Numbered from the stretch's first letter, positions 9,962-19,380 are shown. The stretch: 64,000 nucleotides of DNA from Roseiflexaceae bacterium (GCA_042408595.1 JBHOQX010000107.1:36432-100431); one strand, 5' to 3'. Translations and numbers: made by a program. Notes: generated from the sequence alone by a model not told the origin.

Positions 9962-11428
9962 ATGACGCCATTCGACCTGCGGCTCGCCGCCGCGATCGCC
10001 GCCGGCAAAGCCGCCGGCTTCGCCAGCCGGGCGCTCAGGCGCGGCGGCGGCACCACCTTCCCGGGTGTCGTCGCCCGCCGCCTGGAGCCGCGCGCCCTGC
10101 GCCGCCTGGCCGCCCGCCTGCCGGAAGGCGTGGTGGTTGTTGGCGGGACGAACGGCAAGACCACGACCACCCGCATGCTCGCTGCAATTCTGGAAGCGAG
10201 CGGGCGTGCGGTGCTCCACAACCGTGCCGGTGCGAACCTGCTGACCGGCCTGACGACGGCCGCGATCGCCGGCGCGTCGCTCGCCGGGCGGCCCCGTGCC
10301 GCCCTCGGCCTGTTCGAGACCGACGAGGCCGCCTTGCCGGACGCGCTCGATGAGACGCAGCCGCGCCTGGTGCTGCTCCACAATCTGTTCCGCGACCAAC
10401 TCGACCGCTATGGCGAGGTAGACACGATCGCCGCCCGCTGGCGTGTCGCGCTGGAGCGGCTGCCGGCCAGGGCCACAGTGCTGCTCAACGCCGACGATCC
10501 GGCGGTCGCCGCGCTCGAGGAGGGGTTAGCGGCGCACGTCGTGTGCTACGGGCTGGAGGACACGCGCCACGCCGAAGGGAGCGCCGCCCACCTGGCTGAC
10601 TCGCAGTTCTGCCGGCGTTGCGGTGCGCCCTACGCCTACGGCGCGCTGTTCTACGGCCACATCGGGCACTACGCCTGCCCGCGCTGCGGCCACGCTCGCC
10701 CCGTGCCGGCCTACCGGCTCGAACGACTCGACCTCGATGGCTCCGCCGGCAGCCGCTTGCACATCGCCTACCCGGGCGGCGCGATGGAGTTGCGCCTGCC
10801 GCTGCCCGGCCTGTATAACGCCCTGAACGCCCTGGCCGCCACCGCCGCCGCCCTGTTGCTGGGGGTGGCTCCGGCGGTAACGCGCGACACGCTGGAGCAT
10901 TTCAGCGCCGCCTTCGGACGGATCGAGCGGATCGATGCTGCCGGGCGCCCGTTGCTCCTGGCGCTGATCAAAAACCCGATCGGCGCGAGCGAGACCGTGC
11001 GGATGCTCACCGGTGGGCAGGAGTCAGGGGGCAGTGATCAGGAGAAGGCAAGCGCCGGGAACGACGGAACAAGCATCCAGCCGCGCGCCTCCAGCCTCCA
11101 TGTCCTTGTCGCTATCAACGACAACTACGCCGACGGCACCGACGTTTCGTGGCTATGGGACGCGGACTTCGAACGACTGGCGGGGCGGGTCGCCACGGCG
11201 ACGGTGAGCGGGACGCGCGCGGCGGACATGGCGGTGCGGCTGAAGTACGCCGGCGTCCCGCCGGAGCGTATCCATATGGTGCCGGCGTTGTCGCAGGCGT
11301 TGGATGCCGCGCTCGCCGCGCTGCCCCCCGGTGCGACCCTCTACGCCCTGCCGACGTACACGGCGATGCTGGAGCTGCGCGCGGAGCTGGTGCGGCGCGG
11401 CTGGGCGCGGCCGTTCTGGGCGGATTGA
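9962..11428 (+). CDS. murT: Lipid II isoglutaminyl synthase subunit MurT (Mur-ligase-like with C-terminal DUF1727)
   Basis: Mur ligase P-loop VVVGGTNGKTTTTRML. Cys-rich ribbon CRRCGAPY...YACPRCGH. DUF1727-like C-terminus. No gatD partner is adjacent. Confidence 0.8.
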   Translation: MTPFDLRLAAAIAAGKAAGFASRALRRGGGTTFPGVVARRLEPRALRRLAARLPEGVVVVGGTNGKTTTTRMLAAILEASGRAVLHNRAGANLLTGLTTAAIAGASLAGRPRAALGLFETDEAALPDALDETQPRLVLLHNLFRDQLDRYGEVDTIAARWRVALERLPARATVLLNADDPAVAALEEGLAAHVVCYGLEDTRHAEGSAAHLADSQFCRRCGAPYAYGALFYGHIGHYACPRCGHARPVPAYRLERLDLDGSAGSRLHIAYPGGAMELRLPLPGLYNALNALAATAAALLLGVAPAVTRDTLEHFSAAFGRIERIDAAGRPLLLALIKNPIGASETVRMLTGGQESGGSDQEKASAGNDGTSIQPRASSLHVLVAINDNYADGTDVSWLWDADFERLAGRVATATVSGTRAADMAVRLKYAGVPPERIHMVPALSQALDAALAALPPGATLYALPTYTAMLELRAELVRRGWARPFWAD

Positions 11429-11596
11429 TGCCCCTGGGATCGAGCGCCATCACGCAGGTGTCTACGACACCGGATCGCGACGCTGCGAGTTCGTTCCCGC
11501 TTTGCTCCTATCCTGCTGATCTGCTGCGCTGCTCTCCGCAATATGCTACGGCAGATATGCTTGCCCACCAGGCTCGTCCATTGGTGCAGATCGGCC

Positions 11597-13180
11597 ATGA
11601 GCGCAATCCATCTTTCTTCGCCCACGCAGTCACATCCCGCCGGCCAGCCCCACCGCCTGCGCGCGACCATCCTGGCGGCGCTGGCGGCGCTGCTGCTCCT
11701 CTCGCTCCTCCTTGGCGGCCTTGGCACCTACGCGTTTGTTGCCGCTGGCGAGCGCGCCGCTTGGGACGGCCGCGAGGAAGAGGCGGCGCACGCTGCCGCC
11801 TCGGTCGTGGCCGCCTACATCGGGCGGCAGCAGGCGGCCCTCTCCACCATCGGCTCGCTTGGCAAAGCCCGCCTCCAGGCAGCCTCCGATATTCCATATG
11901 CGGTTCTGCAGCGCAATCCTGACCTGATCGAGATCGTGCGGGTGGACGAGGACGGCAATCTGGTCGTCGCGGCCGGCCAGCCCCTGCTCGCCTCGCAGTC
12001 GCCGTTGGCCGATACGGCGTGGTACGCCGGCGCAGCCCGCCAGGGCAGCTATCTCAGCGCCGGGCAGCAGGGCGGCACGGGCGAGCCGTTCGTGACGCTC
12101 GCCGTGCCGGCGTCGCAGAACGGCCGACGCGACGGGCGTGGCGACATCGTCGCCGCGCGCATCCGCGCTGCGGTATTGCGCCAGGCGTTGCAAACCATCC
12201 ACCTCGGGGCGACCGGGCGGGTATATCTGCTCAGCCGCGCCGGCCAGATCATCGCCCACCCAGACATGCCGGTCACCCAGCAGGCGGCGCGCCCCGATCA
12301 CCCCGCGCTGGCCGCTGGCACGATCCCCGGTACGTTCTGGCACGGAGTCTACGCCAGGCCGGATGGCCAGCCGGTCATCGCCGCGGCGACCCCGCTGGCC
12401 AGCACAGACTGGCTCGCCGTTGCGGAACTGCCGGCTGCGGAAGCGACCGCCACCAGCCGGACGGCGGCGGCGCTGCTGATCGTCGGCGTGGGGCTGTTCG
12501 GCCTCCTGACGATGGGGCTGCTGGTCCTGGTGCTCAACCGCAAGGTCTTCCGTCCGGTGGAGCAGCTTCGTGCCGCGGCGGTGCGGCTTGCGAGCGGCGA
12601 CCTCGCCAGCCGCGCCCCGGCGTCCGGAACAGACGAGATCGGCCAGGTATCGCGGGCCTTCAACCTCATGGCGGATGCGGTCGCGGCGCGGGAGCAGGCG
12701 CTTCAACAATTGACCGCTTCGCTCGAGCAGCAGGTCGAGGCGCGCACCGCCGAGCTGCGCCGGGAAGCGGAGGAGCGGGCGCGGCTGCAGGCGCGGATTA
12801 TCGCCGCGCAGAACGCCGCGCTCGCCGAGCTGGCCACCCCGCTCGTGCCGATCAGCGACGATGTGGTGGTGATGCCCCTGATCGGCGCGCTCGACGATCA
12901 GCGGGCCGCGCACGTGCTCACCACGCTGCTGCACGGTGTCGAGCGGACGCGCGCGCGTGTGGCCATCCTCGACATCACCGGGGTGCCGGTGGTTGATACG
13001 CACGTCGCCAGGGTGCTGATCGATGCGGCGCAGAGCATCCGGCTGCTCGGCGCACGGGCCGTGCTCACCGGCATCCGCCCCGAAGTCGCCCAGGCCCTCA
13101 TCGGCCTCGGTGTGGACTTGGGCGGCCTGGTGACGCGCAGCACGCTCCAGCAGGGGATCGCCTTCGCGCTCGGGCGCTGA
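11597..13180 (+). CDS. Membrane sensor protein with a periplasmic Cache-like region, HAMP domain and C-terminal STAS domain
   Basis: Two TM segments flank a ~250 aa periplasmic region. A HAMP domain follows (VFRPVEQLRAAAVRLASGDLASR...IGQVSRAFNLMADAV). The C-terminus is an RsbR-type STAS domain (VVVMPLIGALDDQRAAHV...AILDITGVPVVDTHVARVL). The start is taken at MSAIHLS. Confidence 0.7.
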   Translation: MSAIHLSSPTQSHPAGQPHRLRATILAALAALLLLSLLLGGLGTYAFVAAGERAAWDGREEEAAHAAASVVAAYIGRQQAALSTIGSLGKARLQAASDIPYAVLQRNPDLIEIVRVDEDGNLVVAAGQPLLASQSPLADTAWYAGAARQGSYLSAGQQGGTGEPFVTLAVPASQNGRRDGRGDIVAARIRAAVLRQALQTIHLGATGRVYLLSRAGQIIAHPDMPVTQQAARPDHPALAAGTIPGTFWHGVYARPDGQPVIAAATPLASTDWLAVAELPAAEATATSRTAAALLIVGVGLFGLLTMGLLVLVLNRKVFRPVEQLRAAAVRLASGDLASRAPASGTDEIGQVSRAFNLMADAVAAREQALQQLTASLEQQVEARTAELRREAEERARLQARIIAAQNAALAELATPLVPISDDVVVMPLIGALDDQRAAHVLTTLLHGVERTRARVAILDITGVPVVDTHVARVLIDAAQSIRLLGARAVLTGIRPEVAQALIGLGVDLGGLVTRSTLQQGIAFALGR

Positions 13181-13240
13181 GAGGGGCCTTCTTCGGGTGG
13201 CTCGTCTTCTTCGCGGCGACCCGTCATCTTCCCCACGCTG

Positions 13241-13249
13241 TGCTACAAT
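13241..13249 (+). promoter_or_regulatory. Putative extended -10 promoter element TGCTACAAT upstream of the geranylgeranyl reductase gene
   Basis: TGnTAcAAT lies ~85 nt upstream of the start codon. It belongs to a recurrent motif family in this window. Confidence 0.35.
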
Positions 13250-13333
13250 CCATCGGGGGGCGCGCGGGCCGCGCTCCCTGCGAATCGTGCCCACCTCCAC
13301 CGGCCGCCGGACACCCGGCGGCCGCCAGCGACG

Positions 13334-14515
13334 ATGCGTGATGTGATCGTCATCGGCGCAGGTCCGGCCGGGGCGACGGCGGCCCGCGAGTTGGCGGCCG
13401 CCGGCCTCGACGTGCTGCTGCTCGACCGGGCAGTCTTCCCGCGCGACAAAACCTGTGGCGACGGCCTGACGCCGCGCGCGCTGCACCTGCTCGCCCGGAG
13501 CGGGGTGCTGTCCGCCGTTGAGGGCGGGCGCGCGCAGATCCGCCGGGTGGCCCTGACCGCGCCGGATGGCACGCCGCTCCGGATCGATATGCCGGCCATC
13601 CCCGGCTGGCCGGATCGCCTGCTGATCGTGCCGCGGCTGGAGCTCGACGCGCTGCTGTGCGAGCGGGCCTGCACCGCCGGGGCGACGCTGCTGGCGCCCG
13701 TGCGCGCCCGGCTGTTGCGCCGCCTCCCGACCCACGTCGAAGTCGAAGCCGACCGGGACGGCCGCGCCGAGACCTTCCTTGCCCGCCTGGCGGTCGTTGC
13801 CACCGGCGCCAGCCACGGGCTGCTGCTGGACTCTGGGCTGCTCGCCCGGCCGCCGCGGGTGGTGCTGGCGGCGCGGGCGTACGTCGAGGACGCGGCGGGG
13901 CTGGATGCCGAGCTGGTGCACCTGCGCTTCGACGGTGTGCCGCTGCCGGGCTACGCCTGGATCTTCCCGCTCTCGGCCACGTCGGCCAACATCGGGTTGG
14001 GGTACACGGCGCGCGGCCCGGGGCTGAGGCGTTTCGGCCGGCGGCCCACCCCGCGGGCCGCCCTGGACGCCTACTTCGCCCGCCCCGCCATGCGCGAGGT
14101 GCTGGCCGGCGCGCGGCGCAGCGGCCCGGTCAAGGGCTTCCCCATCCGCGTCGATTTCCTCCATTCCCCCACGGTGTTCGACCGCGCACTGCTCGTCGGT
14201 GAGGCGGCCGGGCTGGTGAACCCGATGACCGGGGATGGGATCGACTTCGCCCTTGAGTCGGGGATGCTCGCCGCCGGGCGGATCGCGGCGTGTTTCGCCG
14301 CCGGGGATTTCTCTCGCGCCGCGCTCGCCCCCTACGACGCCGCGCTGCGCGCGCACTTCGCCGCGCTCTTCCGGCTATGCGGGTTGCTGCAGCGCACCGC
14401 TGTCTCCAGTGCGCTGGCGCTGAACCTGCTGACGCGGGCGGCGGCCCGTCGGCCCGATCTGAAGGACTGGCTGGTGCGTCGTGTGCTCGGGCCGCCGGCC
14501 GCGGCGATCGGGTGA
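13334..14515 (+). CDS. Geranylgeranyl reductase family FAD-dependent oxidoreductase
   Basis: Rossmann GxGxxG at the N-terminus (VIVIGAGPAGATAAREL). The DKTCGDGLTPRA motif is characteristic of geranylgeranyl reductases. Confidence 0.8.
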   Translation: MRDVIVIGAGPAGATAARELAAAGLDVLLLDRAVFPRDKTCGDGLTPRALHLLARSGVLSAVEGGRAQIRRVALTAPDGTPLRIDMPAIPGWPDRLLIVPRLELDALLCERACTAGATLLAPVRARLLRRLPTHVEVEADRDGRAETFLARLAVVATGASHGLLLDSGLLARPPRVVLAARAYVEDAAGLDAELVHLRFDGVPLPGYAWIFPLSATSANIGLGYTARGPGLRRFGRRPTPRAALDAYFARPAMREVLAGARRSGPVKGFPIRVDFLHSPTVFDRALLVGEAAGLVNPMTGDGIDFALESGMLAAGRIAACFAAGDFSRAALAPYDAALRAHFAALFRLCGLLQRTAVSSALALNLLTRAAARRPDLKDWLVRRVLGPPAAAIG

Positions 14516-14541
14516 GGGGGCGCCGGCGCCAGGGGTGCGCC

Positions 14542-17500
14542 TCAGCGCATTGTGCGGATCGACTCGTAGAGCGCGGTCGTCTCGGGCATCGGCTCGACCC
14601 CAAGTTCGGCGCGCAGCACATCCGCACAGCGGGCGTAGAGCCGGAGCGCTGTGCTACGCTCACCAAGGTAGGCATGAGCGTGCATCAGCAGGCGGTAGGC
14701 GCCTTCATTGCCAGGGTCGGACTCCAGGGCGCGCCACCCCACCCCGATCGCCGCGTGCGCCTGCCCTATGTCGAGCAGGAGCGTGCCGAGCCGCAGCGCC
14801 GCCTCGTTGAATACGAACCCTAGCCGCTCGCGCTCCAGTGCCGTCCAGTCCTCGTAGAGCGCGTCGGGCAAGTACGGCCCGCTGTAGAGATCGAGCGCAC
14901 GGCGCAGCGCGGCGATCGCCGCCTGCCGCCGGCCGTCCATCGCTGCCTGTTGCCCTTCGGCCACTGCCTGGTCGAACGCCAGGACATCCAGTTCGACCAG
15001 GCCCTCCAGGTTCAGGGCGAATGTCTCGCCTTGCTGCAACAGAAACGACGATGGTGCGCCGTCCGGGCGGTCCGGCTCGATCGCCTTGACCAGCCGGTTC
15101 ATCGTGACCCGCAGGTTGTTGGTAGCGATCTCCGGCTCCATGTGCGGCCAGAGCGCTTCCATCGCCTGCTCGCGCGTCACCCAGCGGCCGCGCTCGGTGA
15201 CCAGCAACTGCAACAATTGCCGCGCCTTGCTGCTGCGCCACTCGCGTTCGCGGATCTCTTGCTCGCCGCGCCAGATCCCGAATGCGCCGAGCGTGCGGAT
15301 GCGGAGGGTGTAGGGCGGGCGGTAAACCAGCCGCTTGAGGGCGCTCTCGGCGGCGGCGCGCACCCCACTGTCGCGGTCTTTCAGCAGCGGGCGCAGCGCG
15401 GCGAATGCCCCGCCGCTGCCCAGATCCCCGAGCAATGCGGCGGCGGCGGCCCGCAGCGCGGCATCTGGCTCGCCCAGCAGCCCGGCGAGCAGGTCGGCGG
15501 CCTGTTCCGGCAGGTGGTGTCGCAGCAGCGGCCCCACCGCCGCGGGCGGCACGCCGGCCCGCAGCCCGGCCACCGCGATATCCGCCACCGCGGCCTGCGG
15601 CAGCAGTGGTAGGAACGTCACCCGATCGTCGATCACGATCTGCCACCCGGCCCGTAGCGCCGCCGCGCGCGCCGGCGGGTCGCTCGCGCCGATCAGGTGG
15701 GCGCAGTAGAGGCGGGCAGCGGCCAGGAACAGGCGGTAGCCCTGCTGCTCCATCAGCGCCGCCGCCTCTTGCGCCAGCTCCAGCGCCCGTGCTGGCTCGC
15801 CGCTCTCGCCCAGGATCAGCGCCAGCAGCAGCCAGTAGCGCAGGTCGGCAGCCGCGCCCGGCTCGCGCAGCCGACGCCGCACGCTTGCGACTGCCGCGCG
15901 GGCGTTGGCCGCCTGGCCGCGGCGGAGCAGTGCGTAAAATTCGATGACCTGGAGCGTGGCGAGTGGCCCGAGCGCCCCCAGCTCCTGCAGCGTGCCGCGC
16001 GCCTGGGCGATATAGGTCATCGCCTCGTCCGGACGGTCGTTCAGCGCTAGCAGCAGCGCCAGCCGAGCGGCGCTGTAGGCTGCGATCCCGCCATAGCCGT
16101 AGTCGCTCAGGTGCCGATGCGACTCGGCGGCAAGCGCCAGCCCCTCGGCGAGCTGGCCCTGCTCGGCGAGCGCCAGACTCTTCAGGCCGAGCAGCGCCTG
16201 GCGCAGCCGATCGTCGCAATCGATCGCCGGCGTCTGAAGCGCTTCGTCTACCGCGCGACAGGCCTCGGCGGGCAGGCCGAGCTGGCAGGCCATCGAGCCG
16301 ACGGTCATCGCCAGCAGCCAGCGCCACATGGTGCCGAGCGGGTAGGCGGCGGCGTGCCGGGCGACCCGCAGGACAGCCGGACCACGCCCGCGCGCCGAGA
16401 GCAGCAGCGCGACGCAGACCAGTGCCGCCCCGCGCGACCACTGGTCGCGGGTGCGGTTGGCGGCACGGATAGCCTGGATGCAGACCCCCTCGAGTTTGGC
16501 GATCCGCCCCTGGAGCACCAAAATGACCGCCAGCTTCCCCAGCGCGGCCAGCCGGCGGTCCCAGCGGCGTTGGCGCTCGTACAGCTCGGCGGCTCGCTCG
16601 ATCACCGGCGCTGCGCTGATGGGGTCGGCGAGCGCCTGACTGACGCCCCACATATGGAGTAGATCCGGGTCGCCGTCGCGTTGTGCTGGGTCAAGCCGGG
16701 CCAGCCAGCGCCGCACCGTTTCGCGGCGCGGCGAGTTCAACAGCGGCCAGGCGCGCTCGCGTAACGCGCGCACCAGGTCGTCCGTGGCACCGGCGCTGGC
16801 GTAATGCTCGAGCGCGGCCTCCAGCGCACCGCGGGCCTCGAGCGCCCGCCCGAAGCGCAGTCGCAGCGTGTTGAGCGTGTCCACGCCAAGCCGCTCGGTG
16901 GCGGTGCGGAGCAGCAACTCGCGCCACAGCGGGTGAAAGTGCAACTGGTCGCCCCGCGCATCGACCGACTGGAGCGGCAGGCCGAGCGCGCGCGCTCGCC
17001 CGATGAGATAGGCCGCATCCTCGCATTCCAGCACCTCCTCCAGCAAGGCGGCGTCGAACTGTGCCGGAACCGATGCCAGACATAGGAACTCGACCAGCTC
17101 GGCCGGCAGATCGGCCAACACCTCAGTGGCCAGGTAGGCCAGCAGCTGCTCCTGGGAGCCGCCGAGCGCGCGGACGAACGCCCCGCGCCGGTCGGCCGGC
17201 TGCGCAGCCAGCGCCCGCGCCGCGAACTGCACACTCAGCGCCCACCCGCCGGTGCGCTCCAGCAGCAGCATGAGCTCCGGCTCGTTCAGCGTCGTGCCCT
17301 GCTGCGCCAGCATCCGACGGATATCATCGACCGTCAGGTGCAGGTCGTGCTGCGAGAGCTCCACCAAGCGGCCTTCGGCGCGCAGCCGCGGAATCGGCGC
17401 GAACGACGGCTCGCGCCGCGACGCGATAATCACCCGCAGGCCCGGCGGCGCGGCGCGCAGCAGGTAGCCGATGATCTGCCCGATCACCGCCGAGTCGAGC

Positions 17501-17973
17501 ACGGCGTGCAGATCGTCCAGTATCAGGAACGTGGCCGCGGTGATCTGCCGCTGAAGGTCGGCGCAGAGCGCGCCGGCGACAAGCGGCCAGTCGCGATCAA
17601 GGTTCGCGGCGCTGTGTAGGATGCGCCAGGCATCCGCGCCGATGCCGGGAAACACCCGGCGGAACGCGCTGATCAGGTATGCCAGAAAGATCGCCGGGTC
17701 GCGCTCGCCGGGCGCCAGCCCCAACCACACGACGGGCGCGCCGGTGCGGGCTAGCTCGCGCGCCCACTGCACGAGCAGGGTCGTCTTACCGAAGCCGGCT
17801 GGCGCCACGAGCAACGTCAGCGGGTAGAGGCGCACCTCGGACAGGATCGCCTGAAGATCCAGGCGGAGCAGCGCGCCGTCGGCCAGCGGCGGCGGCGTCA
17901 GTTTGAGCGGCAGGATCAGCTGCACAGAGGGGGGCGGCTGGAAGCGCGGGCGCTGGTGGCGGGCAGTCTGCAT
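14542..17973 (-). CDS. STAND-like transcriptional regulator: N-terminal MalT-type AAA NTPase, then TPR and HEAT repeats, then a C-terminal OmpR-type winged helix plus BTAD (SARP module)
   Basis: Walker A LLVAPAGFGKTTLLVQWA. A TPR-like central helical region. HEAT/PBS repeats (LLGDLGSGGAFAALRPLLKDRDSGVRAAAESAL). The C-terminus reads RIRTLGAFGIWRGEQEI...ALYEDWTALERERL...AYRLLMHAHAYLGERSTALRLYARCADVLRAELGVEP, a SARP DNA-binding domain plus BTAD. The start is taken at MQTARHQ (17973). Confidence 0.75.
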   Translation of the reverse strand: MQTARHQRPRFQPPPSVQLILPLKLTPPPLADGALLRLDLQAILSEVRLYPLTLLVAPAGFGKTTLLVQWARELARTGAPVVWLGLAPGERDPAIFLAYLISAFRRVFPGIGADAWRILHSAANLDRDWPLVAGALCADLQRQITAATFLILDDLHAVLDSAVIGQIIGYLLRAAPPGLRVIIASRREPSFAPIPRLRAEGRLVELSQHDLHLTVDDIRRMLAQQGTTLNEPELMLLLERTGGWALSVQFAARALAAQPADRRGAFVRALGGSQEQLLAYLATEVLADLPAELVEFLCLASVPAQFDAALLEEVLECEDAAYLIGRARALGLPLQSVDARGDQLHFHPLWRELLLRTATERLGVDTLNTLRLRFGRALEARGALEAALEHYASAGATDDLVRALRERAWPLLNSPRRETVRRWLARLDPAQRDGDPDLLHMWGVSQALADPISAAPVIERAAELYERQRRWDRRLAALGKLAVILVLQGRIAKLEGVCIQAIRAANRTRDQWSRGAALVCVALLLSARGRGPAVLRVARHAAAYPLGTMWRWLLAMTVGSMACQLGLPAEACRAVDEALQTPAIDCDDRLRQALLGLKSLALAEQGQLAEGLALAAESHRHLSDYGYGGIAAYSAARLALLLALNDRPDEAMTYIAQARGTLQELGALGPLATLQVIEFYALLRRGQAANARAAVASVRRRLREPGAAADLRYWLLLALILGESGEPARALELAQEAAALMEQQGYRLFLAAARLYCAHLIGASDPPARAAALRAGWQIVIDDRVTFLPLLPQAAVADIAVAGLRAGVPPAAVGPLLRHHLPEQAADLLAGLLGEPDAALRAAAAALLGDLGSGGAFAALRPLLKDRDSGVRAAAESALKRLVYRPPYTLRIRTLGAFGIWRGEQEIREREWRSSKARQLLQLLVTERGRWVTREQAMEALWPHMEPEIATNNLRVTMNRLVKAIEPDRPDGAPSSFLLQQGETFALNLEGLVELDVLAFDQAVAEGQQAAMDGRRQAAIAALRRALDLYSGPYLPDALYEDWTALERERLGFVFNEAALRLGTLLLDIGQAHAAIGVGWRALESDPGNEGAYRLLMHAHAYLGERSTALRLYARCADVLRAELGVEPMPETTALYESIRTMR

Positions 17974-18127
17974 AGCGGTCCTGACGCGAATGAACACCTG
18001 GATCGGATTATAGCAGCCGGGCCGGCGGTGGAAACGCCCGGGACGTGTGCGGTTTCGGCGCAAACGGGTAACGAAGACGCCCATTCTATGGTACGATCTC
18101 GCCATTCTCTACAGAGAGGGATCCCCC

Positions 18128-19270
18128 ATGGAAAAGATTCTCATTCTCTATGCTTCGGTCGGCACCGGCCATAAGAGCGCAGCGCAGGCCATCGGCGAGG
18201 CGTTCGCCCGCAACCCCGACCGGGTCGTCATGGTCGCGGACACCTTCGACTACGGCAGCGCTTTGTTGCGTGAAGCTTACACGAAAACGTACCTTCAACT
18301 CAGTGACAAGGCACCGCTGCTCTGGAAGCTGTTCTACAACACGCTCGACACCAGTGATCTCGACCTGGCCGTGACCAGCAGCCGACTGCGCGGTATGATT
18401 GAGCGGCCGCTGCTGTCTCGGTTGGACAAGCTCGTGCAGCAATTCGCGCCAAGCGCAATCATCTGCACCCATCCGCTGCCGGTCGAGGTGCTGGCGTCGC
18501 TGAAGCTCGCCGGCAAGCTCAAGGCGCCGATTTATTGTGTGATCACCGATTTTGTCGCCCATGCCGCCTGGATCAACCCGGCCGTGGATCGCTACTTTCT
18601 AGCAAGCGACCTGACCCGCGAGGAGTTGCTGATCCGCGGCGTCTCGGCCGATGTGCTAGACGTAACCGGCATCCCCATCCGCCTGGAGATCAGCACGCCG
18701 AAGCCCATGGCGGAGATGCGTGCGCGCTACAACTTCAAGCTGGATGAACCGGTGATCACCATGTTTGGCGGCGGGCTCGATCCGGAGCGCGTGCGCCTGA
18801 TGATCACCCGCCTGCTGGACACCGAGCTCAACGGCGAAGTAGTGGTCGTGGCCGGCCGCAGCGAGGAGTTGATGTCCACGATCGCCGATCTGACGAGCGG
18901 GCCGCACATGCGCCTACGTAAGCTCGGGTACATTAGCTATGTTGACGACCTGGTGGCCGCCAGCGAGCTGGTGATCACCAAATCCGGCGGCCTGATCGTC
19001 AGCGAGGTGTTGGGGCGCGGCACGCCGATGATTGTGATCGACCCGATCCCGGGGCAGGAGGAATGGAATGCCGATTACGTGACCGGCAGCGGCGCGGGCA
19101 TCCAGCTCCGTATGCCGGAGACGGTTCCTCCGGCGGTGCTTTCTCTGTTGGCGCAGCCGGAGTGGCTGGGGCTCTTGCGAGAGCAGGCCCGGCGCGTCGG
19201 CCGGCCGCGTGCCGCGCTCGATGTCGCCGACCGGGTGCTGACCGACCTGCGCACCGGGAAGCTCCGCTAG
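18128..19270 (+). CDS. GT28-family diacylglycerol glycosyltransferase (MGDG / monoglycosyl-DAG synthase, UgtP/MgdA-like)
   Basis: MEKILILYASVGTGHKSAAQAIGEAF N-terminus. GT28 C-terminal domain (LVITKSGGLIVSEVLGRGTPMIVIDPIPGQEEWNADYV). The start is at the ATG at 18128, preceded by a TGGTACGAT -10-like box. Confidence 0.75.
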   Translation: MEKILILYASVGTGHKSAAQAIGEAFARNPDRVVMVADTFDYGSALLREAYTKTYLQLSDKAPLLWKLFYNTLDTSDLDLAVTSSRLRGMIERPLLSRLDKLVQQFAPSAIICTHPLPVEVLASLKLAGKLKAPIYCVITDFVAHAAWINPAVDRYFLASDLTREELLIRGVSADVLDVTGIPIRLEISTPKPMAEMRARYNFKLDEPVITMFGGGLDPERVRLMITRLLDTELNGEVVVVAGRSEELMSTIADLTSGPHMRLRKLGYISYVDDLVAASELVITKSGGLIVSEVLGRGTPMIVIDPIPGQEEWNADYVTGSGAGIQLRMPETVPPAVLSLLAQPEWLGLLREQARRVGRPRAALDVADRVLTDLRTGKLR

Positions 19271-19380
19271 CCAGGCAGGGGGGCCTGGTAGCAGGCATGT
19301 GCGCACGGCCCGCGATATGGAGGACGCGGAGCCACCTTCTCGATCTTTCTCCGCGTCCTCCGCGCCGGCGCGGGGTCGCT

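Noticed and set aside
11630-14356. 908-aa minus-strand ORF
   Set aside because: It is antisense to two well-supported plus-strand genes (the HAMP-STAS sensor and geranylgeranyl reductase). It is Arg/Gly/Pro-rich and low-complexity, typical of spurious open frames in 70% GC DNA.
14705-16651. 648-aa minus-strand ORF, and several 100-200 aa ORFs inside the STAND regulator gene
   Set aside because: These are alternative frames of the 14542..17973 gene. They have Arg/Ala/Gly-rich composition with no motifs.
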